The notes beneath the pieces are model-generated. The model saw only the letters and a program-made list of their open reading frames with translations. It did not search any database and had not been told where the DNA came from. A stretch of DNA of 64,000 nucleotides from an uncultured Planctomycetia bacterium (lineage in GTDB: Bacteria; Omnitrophota; Gorgyraeia; S143-82), in NCBI GenBank assembly GCA_964469495.1, contig CAYXYY010000030.1:10262-74261 (forward strand). Reading direction: 5' to 3'. This document shows positions 58,801 through 64,000 of this stretch, one piece after another. The position numbers were made by a program, and so were the translations under genes. Position 1 is the first letter of the stretch, and every line of letters starts with the position of its first letter.

Positions 58801-60311
58801 ACTACATTCCCTGCACGGTCTGTAATTTTTATCTTTCCATAATCCATTCCCTCTCCGCCATTTAAATCGGACAAAAGCGTTGCGCGCGAAATATATTGCA
58901 AATGCACATCTGTGCCATTTAAAACCCCGCTGGAGTTTGCCGAACCCAAAATCCCAAGGTCCGACGCAGTTGTGCTTCCGCCTTCGGCAATACTCATCGT
59001 GCCTGTCCCGCCTGCGCTGTCAACCAGCTTAATACCATCCTTTGCGCTGTTAATAGAGGCCGTAACGGATACTGAAGCGCTGTTTATCGCATCCAATACG
59101 TCCTGCAAGGTCTCAGCGGAAGACAGGTCTATAGTGGCAACCGCGCCTGCGCTGTCAGTTATTACGATTGAACCGGCAGCAACTCCGCTGCCTCCGTTAA
59201 ATCTGGAAAGCAATACGTCGTTTAATCCTGCAATCAATGCCTTACCTGTAATATATGTTCCGGATGAAGTCCCTGCGATACCCAAATCCTCTGCGCTATA
59301 ACTATTGTTTATGCTAGAGATAGTTAAAGTCCCTGTTCCGCTTGTATTATCTGTGATAAGCAACCTGTTGCCATCCGATGCGATAGAGGCCGTTATCTTG
59401 CCTCCATTTGCAGAATCATTGTTAATTGCATCTATTACATCGCCCAAAGTCGTTGCGCTGCTTAAGTTAACGTCAATAGTCGTGCCGTCTTTTGCAATTA
59501 TCCTGATGTCGTCTCCTGATGCATAAGTCCTTATACCTGTTTTCTCGTTTAAAAGCCTTAAATCCGTTCCCGAGGCTATATTGTTTATGTCTGATCCTGT
59601 AATAGTCGCGCCTGTTGTGGAACCCAAAATCCCCAAAGACTGCGCAGTCGTAGATTCTCCGACTTCCTGCACAATCAAGGATCCTGTCCCGCCGGATGTA
59701 TCGGTCAAAATAAACTTATCGCCAGAAACAGCAATAGACACCTCTATATCTGAATTATTGTTTATGGCATTTATTACATCGTCTATTGTCGTTGCCATAG
59801 ACAGGTCAATAACAGCCGACCCGCCGTCTTTGTCAATTATCCTAATAGAACCCCTTGAAATCCCTGCCTGTGAATTGATAAACTCAACAGAGGTATCCTT
59901 GTTAAGATATCCCCCTCCAAACTTTATAGTAAGGGTCCCACTGCCAATCGCGCTGTCTTTATCTATGATACCTTGGCTTATAACCTGATGCGCTTTGGCA
60001 AGGGATTTTACAGTCAAACTATAATTGCCCGGAATTGCCGTTGTATAGGCGCTTGCAGTTGCAACCGATTCATTGGTCGAGCTGACGGAATAAGATTTAT
60101 AAAGGGCAGGCCGGGATAAGGCATACGACTTCAGTTTAAAATCCAACAATTTTATATTTATCGTGCGCCACGCCTCTTTTTTCTGTTCTTCCAGCTCTTT
60201 CTTTGCCTGCAAGAGTTTTAACGGATAACTCTCCAGTTCTATGAGCTGATCCACAATATTTTGCGTATCTAACCCCGAGACTAATCCCGAGACACTATTG
60301 GTTCCAGGCAT
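55827..60311 (-). CDS. fliD: Flagellar cap FliD, 1494 aa, with internal repeats and a discoidin-like insert
   Basis: FliD_N (GLVSGLDT..IVDQL, V..LA.AH) and FliD_C (YRLVITS..G, NTI..AITG, DFVDGFN, GKLELDE..L, QFTQME); position flaG-fliD-fliS. Confidence 0.93.
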   Translation of the reverse strand: MPGTNSVSGLVSGLDTQNIVDQLIELESYPLKLLQAKKELEEQKKEAWRTINIKLLDFKLKSYALSRPALYKSYSVSSTNESVATASAYTTAIPGNYSLTVKSLAKAHQVISQGIIDKDSAIGSGTLTIKFGGGYLNKDTSVEFINSQAGISRGSIRIIDKDGGSAVIDLSMATTIDDVINAINNNSDIEVSIAVSGDKFILTDTSGGTGSLIVQEVGESTTAQSLGILGSTTGATITGSDINNIASGTDLRLLNEKTGIRTYASGDDIRIIAKDGTTIDVNLSSATTLGDVIDAINNDSANGGKITASIASDGNRLLITDNTSGTGTLTISSINNSYSAEDLGIAGTSSGTYITGKALIAGLNDVLLSRFNGGSGVAAGSIVITDSAGAVATIDLSSAETLQDVLDAINSASVSVTASINSAKDGIKLVDSAGGTGTMSIAEGGSTTASDLGILGSANSSGVLNGTDVHLQYISRATLLSDLNGGEGMDYGKIKITDRAGNVVSIDLSDEESIKTIGDVIDAINNKSSISVLARVNDTGDGIIVLDLTGDEAYDLKIEEMNGGKTAESLNIKSSTSVQQKKHGDDLAYLSGTTALSKLNDGMGVALGRIKITDRSGASASIDLSSATTVQDVLDAINAASIGITATLDSTGNAINLVDTTGGGDPIYVYEIDSTTADDLGILNTSGIDSSQLAGEDIFSPINDRQLAFLNGQSGVSGTWFQIRDKSGTTASIDISSARTIQDVVDIINNTSALRVSVSVNSAGTGLLITDTSGSTGQLWVIDGNGAAASLGIDGASAGTTITGDAILYLSTSSALSYVLDGAGVRTASGLDDIRIIAKDGTTIDVNIDGSSTIGDIISAINNDTDNGGRITASLSSDGLSLVITDNTAGTGTLSISSINSSNTAEDLGIATSSSGSSITGEYLTSVLGDKSLAALNNFAGITTGSFTITDRSGAVATISVSSTDRFLSDIVDKINASGIGVEASIDSNGAGLIIKDTTGEEGYLYIEDNSVSQSLGIEETSGIANTSYDGANKISITVSSTDDLDDVVSSINDATDKVSAYVLNDGSGINPYRLVITSKYEGSLGRIVVDSRLSGDTLTFSDSVKADDAVVFVGDDSNSGLVVTGHSNTIKNAITGLSISLLSESDTPVTLKVERDLEEITTAVQDFVDGFNSIMEYIDDAIDYDTETGESGILLGSVSIMTLQTQLFNMVNSAVDGLPNTMNHISAIGISMNSSGKLELDETTLQEKLNDDAAAVERLFSYQVNMASSANGGSASASSSYTGFSPSDAINGNTDEDEFGAGVNGWQNAVQNESNAWFEVDFSQKISLYKVTLNTVSSLSQRLTGYTLQYWYNNQWNDYMSVSSNADEEIYHYFSLPYYTDKIRFNKLTGADGYARIVEVQATEARGVGLRINGRLGYLTDPEVGLIANEIDASEDNIDLFDEQIESLQARLDKRKEFLYAQFTQMESLMGQMNSMSSWLGQQISQLPSSSKK
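57230..59910 (-). repeat. Eight degenerate repeats of about 110 aa inside fliD
   Basis: Consensus L..LN...G....I.I.D..G....IDLS.A.T..DV.DAIN...A..LGI; a 39-nt near-identical pair at 57777-57815 and 59472-59510; boundaries approximate. Confidence 0.85.
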
Positions 60312-60357
60312 AAAACAACCCCTTTATAGATAAAATTTATCCAACCTAATAACAAAA

Positions 60358-60750
60358 TTATATATACTTATCCAAAATCATACCAACTGCATCGTGTATC
60401 TTTATCATAGCTTCCACCATCTCCTCAGGCGGAATCTCTTTAACGACCTCGTTGGTTTCAGGGTTTATCACCTCTACATATGCAAAATCCGTGCCATCGA
60501 CAAAGAGATGAAATTTTAAATCCTTGCTAAAGTCCTTCATCATATCATTCAGATTATCCACTGCCTCTTGGGCAAGAGACAGGACCTCTTCCTTGCTCAT
60601 TGATTGAATAGCGCCTGCCTGGCCATTAGACTCATCCTTGGGTGCTGAAAAGGCCTGTTTAACCGACTCCGTCACAGCCTCATCCTGCAGATTCTTCACT
60701 TCCGATGCATTCGGTTCTACAGGGCCTAGGCCTTTTATATCCATTTCCAA
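60358..60750 (-). CDS. flaG: FlaG family protein
   Basis: AVDNLN...LKF...VEVINPETNEVVKEIPPEE..GMILD; located between fliC and fliD. Confidence 0.9.
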   Translation of the reverse strand: MEMDIKGLGPVEPNASEVKNLQDEAVTESVKQAFSAPKDESNGQAGAIQSMSKEEVLSLAQEAVDNLNDMMKDFSKDLKFHLFVDGTDFAYVEVINPETNEVVKEIPPEEMVEAMIKIHDAVGMILDKYI

Positions 60751-60800
60751 CTCCTTGTTATTGTTATAGTTTCGTTTTTAAAATTATTTAGCTTTCTGAG

Positions 60801-60830
60801 AAAAAAGGGGAGGGCAAGCCCTCCCCTTTT
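60801..60830 (-). terminator. Intrinsic terminator after fliC
   Basis: GGGGAGGG-CTTG-CCCTCCCC followed by T6 on the minus strand. Confidence 0.85.
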
Positions 60831-60837
60831 ACCATCC

Positions 60838-62265
60838 TTAACCAAGCAACTGGAGTATTGACTGAGGGGCAACGTTTGCCTGAGCAAGCATAGCAGTGCC
60901 TGCCTGCATCAAGATCTGCAACCTCGTGAACTCCACCATCTCTGACGCCATATCAACGTCGCGGATACGCGACTCGGATGACTGTATGTTCTCGCGGGTC
61001 ACGCCAAGGTTTGCAATCGTGCTTTCCAGTGTATTCTTCTGGAACGCGCCAAGGGCAGACCTCTGGTCAGAAACATCATCTATGGCCTCGTCGATAATGT
61101 CTATTGCCGTTGCCGCGTTTGAATCCAGGTCATATGTCCCGCCTGACTTGATTGCCAAAAGGCCGTTAGAACCAGCTGTTGATGTGCCTAATTTATTGGC
61201 GCGCATAGAAGAGATAGAGATAGTCGCTATCTCATTGCTATCGCCGTTAGCGCCCAATACAAACCTCAAAAGCCCGGCAGTAACGCTCAAGTCGTTTGTC
61301 AAAGAAGAAGTGGAAGAGCTGTTATAGCTGGCATTTATGGTAATACCCATATTCTTAAACGTCCCTGACAATGCTATAAGCTCTAATCCACTGCCGGATG
61401 CAGAATATCCGTGTATAAGTCCGCCGATGTCCTGTCCAACATCTGCTTGTGTGCCACTTACAACATCTGCATCACCACTAATAACCAGAGATGCAGAACG
61501 GCCATATGACTTTGTGGCTATCATCAAACGATACCCACTTGTAGCAGTAGAAACCCATGCGCTTACCACCCCGGACAAAGAGGAATGGTGATTGATAGCG
61601 CTCACCACCTGTGCTATAGTGTTGCCATTGCTCAATGTAATCTGGATACCATTGACTGTGATACTCGTAACGTTCGCGGCTACACCTGTGCTCGCGCCTG
61701 TCATCGTTACGCCGCCGCTAACCTGTGCATAACTTGCTTCACGGGAAATGCGGTATGAAACAGTGCCTGTGCTGGCGTAGTTTCCTACGGAAACACTTGC
61801 AATCCTGTTGCTGTTGTTGACAGTTGCGGTGTTTCCAGAAGCGCCGTTAAGCAGGTATTTTCCTGCGTACTTTGTTGTGTTGGCAATTCTGTCAATAGAA
61901 TCAACAGAAGAGTCAACCTGCGCCTGGTCGGCCGCAATAGTTGCGCTGTCATTAGCACCTTCGTTAGCCGAATGCAATGCCAATGAACGAATAGAGTTTA
62001 AAAGTGTGTGCATCTCTGTCAATGCACCTTCAGCAGTCTGGACCATAGAAACCGCGTCTTCTGAGTTCTTTATTGCCTGATCCAAACCAGTAATATTTGC
62101 CCTCAATTTTTCTGAAATAACCAATCCGGCTGGGTCATCGCCAGCGCGGTTGATACGATAACCAGAAGAGAGCTTTTCAAGAGATTTTCTGATGGAACTA
62201 TCCGTCTTTGTCAAGTTCCACCACGCGTTTAACGCAGCGATATTGTGATTAATCCTTACGCCCAT
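60838..62265 (-). CDS. fliC: Flagellin
   Basis: RINHNIAALNA, LSSGYRINRAGDDPAGL, QTAEGAL, LGAFQ, SESRIRDVDMASEM, MLAQAN..PQSILQLL. Confidence 0.98.
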   Translation of the reverse strand: MGVRINHNIAALNAWWNLTKTDSSIRKSLEKLSSGYRINRAGDDPAGLVISEKLRANITGLDQAIKNSEDAVSMVQTAEGALTEMHTLLNSIRSLALHSANEGANDSATIAADQAQVDSSVDSIDRIANTTKYAGKYLLNGASGNTATVNNSNRIASVSVGNYASTGTVSYRISREASYAQVSGGVTMTGASTGVAANVTSITVNGIQITLSNGNTIAQVVSAINHHSSLSGVVSAWVSTATSGYRLMIATKSYGRSASLVISGDADVVSGTQADVGQDIGGLIHGYSASGSGLELIALSGTFKNMGITINASYNSSSTSSLTNDLSVTAGLLRFVLGANGDSNEIATISISSMRANKLGTSTAGSNGLLAIKSGGTYDLDSNAATAIDIIDEAIDDVSDQRSALGAFQKNTLESTIANLGVTRENIQSSESRIRDVDMASEMVEFTRLQILMQAGTAMLAQANVAPQSILQLLG

Positions 62266-62267
62266 TT

Positions 62268-62319
62268 TAGCCTCCTTGCTTTTTTCACCCCATTAAAAGT
62301 CAACGTCCTTGTCAACTTT
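62268..62319 (-). promoter_or_regulatory. Two candidate CsrA-binding GGA hairpins in the fliC leader
   Basis: AAAGUUGAC-AAGGAC-GUUGACUUU, and AGC-AAGGAG-GCU overlapping the SD. Confidence 0.65.
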
Positions 62320-62394
62320 CCTTCCCCAGTCCAGCGCCCTTTTTTCTCCCTCACCTCCCTTCCAAGGAAACTGCTGTCTGAGCCTTCATATAAA

Positions 62395-62421
62395 TTATCG
62401 CCTGTTTTCTCTTTTTCTTTA
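62395..62421 (-). promoter_or_regulatory. Sigma28 (FliA) promoter of fliC
   Basis: TAAA-N15-GGCGATAA (consensus TAAA-N15-GCCGATAA). Confidence 0.8.
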
Positions 62422-62496
62422 ATACAAAAACCTATTTTTTGCTCATTTTGCAAAAATTCCCTTACAATCAAAACCCCTTACATCTCAATATGATAC

Positions 62497-62525
62497 AAAA
62501 AAGGGGCATCCTAAGATGCCCCTTT
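62497..62525 (-). terminator. Intrinsic terminator after the 62553-63857 gene
   Basis: GGGGCATC-TTAG-GATGCCCC followed by T6 on the minus strand. Confidence 0.85.
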
Positions 62526-62552
62526 AAAAGACAATCTTTCCAACAAAACGGA

Positions 62553-63857
62553 TTAAAAACTCCACCTCATACGCAAGTATACGTTTTTATCTTGTTCCAT
62601 CTGGCCAAACTCCGATGTGTCGCGCTTTCCCCAGATTAGATTTGCGCCAACCGTAACGTTGAAGTTATCCGTGACGTCCCAGCTCACATACGGCCTCCAA
62701 TAGGTATCCCTGTCTGTTTCGCTATAAAACACAAACAAGCCCGTACGCACTGTCTGGTTTTTAAATAGTTTTGTTAGACGCAATGTGCTAAGGTGGTAAT
62801 ACCTGTCATAAATAATGTCCCACGGCATACGCGCATCATAATAGTTGTTGTAATTCAGCATTTGCTCAAACAGGTGCTGAACACCTATACTAAAGTCATG
62901 TCCAAGGTCCTTTTCATAACCAACCAAAAACTTTACGCGGTCATTCGGGATAAGCCTATTGGTTCCGCTCCTGTCCTTGCGCGAATCATAATAACCGAAT
63001 TCAACACTGCCGATTCCCCTGAAAATAGCCCCTCTCAACGATGCGCCGTAAACCGACAGTCTTGGATAGAACACGACCTTGTTCATCTCGTCATAAAAAC
63101 CCCTCGGGCTCTTATAAAAGCCATCGTAAAAGTAAAACGCCCATTCATAACCCGAAACATTGCCGTACCAGCGCGCGGCGTATTCCGCATTGCCAAGCGT
63201 CCTGTCAGGCCTGTGAACAGAAAACGAAGAAGACGCGCCAACTATCCCCTGCTGAAATACGTCGTAAAAAGACAGCCTCGTGCCATTAGGCACTGTATTA
63301 GACTCCACAAACGGCAAATAGACCAAGTCTATATTCGAGTTTTTCAAATAAATAGAGGCCTTTGTGCCGTAAGACGGCTTTTTCAGGTATTCATCGTTCC
63401 TGCCGATAAAGAAAGAGACATAGTCCTTTGGGAACAGGTCATTGATAAACAGATAATCGCCGGTTCCCCAAGTAAATATCTGTTTTCCAAGTTTCACGTC
63501 CATAAAAGACGCAGGCGAAACAGACAAGGAAAACTCCCTAAAGGTCTTGTCCAAAGTCGTGTCAAAATACTCGTCTAATGTAAGCTCTGCCTTTATGTTA
63601 AGCTCTGCGTTCCAGTCGTATAAAAAGGCAGGATTCTCCGGAAAGAGCCTTGTCTTTAACTGGAGTTTCTGTTCTGCCAGATTGTAATGAGTGTGCTTTG
63701 TGTCTTCGTCGTGGTCAAACTTTACCCCAAAGTCAGTCTCTATAAACCCATATACCCTTGGCCCGTTTTTGCCAAGCCTAAAGGCATACGCCTTGGAAAA
63801 CAATCCTACGCACAAAGATAAAACGACAATGACAAATAATTGTTTTTTTACCATCAT
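62553..63857 (-). CDS. Hypothetical outer-membrane beta-barrel protein (DUF1302-like)
   Basis: Signal peptide; GKQIFTWGTGD, aromatic strands, FGQ...VYLRMRWSF C-terminus. Confidence 0.7.
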   Translation of the reverse strand: MMVKKQLFVIVVLSLCVGLFSKAYAFRLGKNGPRVYGFIETDFGVKFDHDEDTKHTHYNLAEQKLQLKTRLFPENPAFLYDWNAELNIKAELTLDEYFDTTLDKTFREFSLSVSPASFMDVKLGKQIFTWGTGDYLFINDLFPKDYVSFFIGRNDEYLKKPSYGTKASIYLKNSNIDLVYLPFVESNTVPNGTRLSFYDVFQQGIVGASSSFSVHRPDRTLGNAEYAARWYGNVSGYEWAFYFYDGFYKSPRGFYDEMNKVVFYPRLSVYGASLRGAIFRGIGSVEFGYYDSRKDRSGTNRLIPNDRVKFLVGYEKDLGHDFSIGVQHLFEQMLNYNNYYDARMPWDIIYDRYYHLSTLRLTKLFKNQTVRTGLFVFYSETDRDTYWRPYVSWDVTDNFNVTVGANLIWGKRDTSEFGQMEQDKNVYLRMRWSF

Positions 63858-63878
63858 GGATTTATTTAACTTTTTTAT

Positions 63879-64000
63879 TCAATCCAACCATTTTCTCGGA
63901 GGCCTTCTAAGATATCTCTCTGTAAAGATATCATCAGGCAGACCGATGTCGTACTTTACCTCTGTAAAGTCCATCAAGGTCTCGCTCCCTGTCTCCAAGT
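63879..64000 (-). CDS. C-terminus of an outer-membrane lipoprotein-sorting (LolA-like) protein, partial
   Basis: Manual translation ...LETGSETLMDFTEVKYDIGLPDDIFTERYLRRPPRKWLD*. Confidence 0.65.
   Translation of the reverse strand, partial: LETGSETLMDFTEVKYDIGLPDDIFTERYLRRPPRKWLD

Noticed and set aside
62256-62471. 71-aa minus-strand ORF upstream of fliC as a leader peptide
   Set aside because: It spans the sigma28 promoter and 5' UTR, starts upstream of the predicted TSS and has no clear RBS
6-63578. Numerous short plus-strand and nested ORFs in the track (e.g. 5382-5990, 36565-37236, 45603-46376, 62793-63578)
   Set aside because: Antisense or out-of-frame shadows of well-supported genes, with no motifs or ribosome-binding sites

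Overview
Gene-dense 64 kb bacterial chromosome segment. About 55 CDS lie on the minus strand; the plus strand carries only a MarR gene, two pilin-like genes and tRNA-Phe. Gene content points to an anaerobic diderm bacterium, probably PVC superphylum and most likely Ca. Omnitrophota (inference from gene neighbourhoods, not a database result). In coordinate order: fliM (partial), GH57 and a pilin-like gene; an hcp-rubredoxin-fprA stress module with a divergent Cys-rich MarR; rmlACBD with a formyltransferase and ogg; fetAB-like genes, a P-loop-less YchF and a GTPase-degenerate FeoA-FeoB fusion; panB, nrdR and a GT9; minor pilins, a radical SAM gene, 6S RNA, dprA and pilC; a 12 kb glycan locus (ROK regulator, 899-aa outer-membrane protein, two clan GH-A enzymes, tandem-CBM protein, TPR lipoprotein, sugar ABC transporter); pckG; a glycolipid/lipoyl cluster; rplU-rpmA-obgE-rpe; a flagellar glycosylation cluster with tRNA-Phe; and fliS, a 1494-aa fliD, flaG and fliC. 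No CRISPR, IS, prophage or rRNA was seen. The best candidates for undescribed systems are the non-SusCD glycan locus and the repeat-extended FliD with a lectin-like insert.
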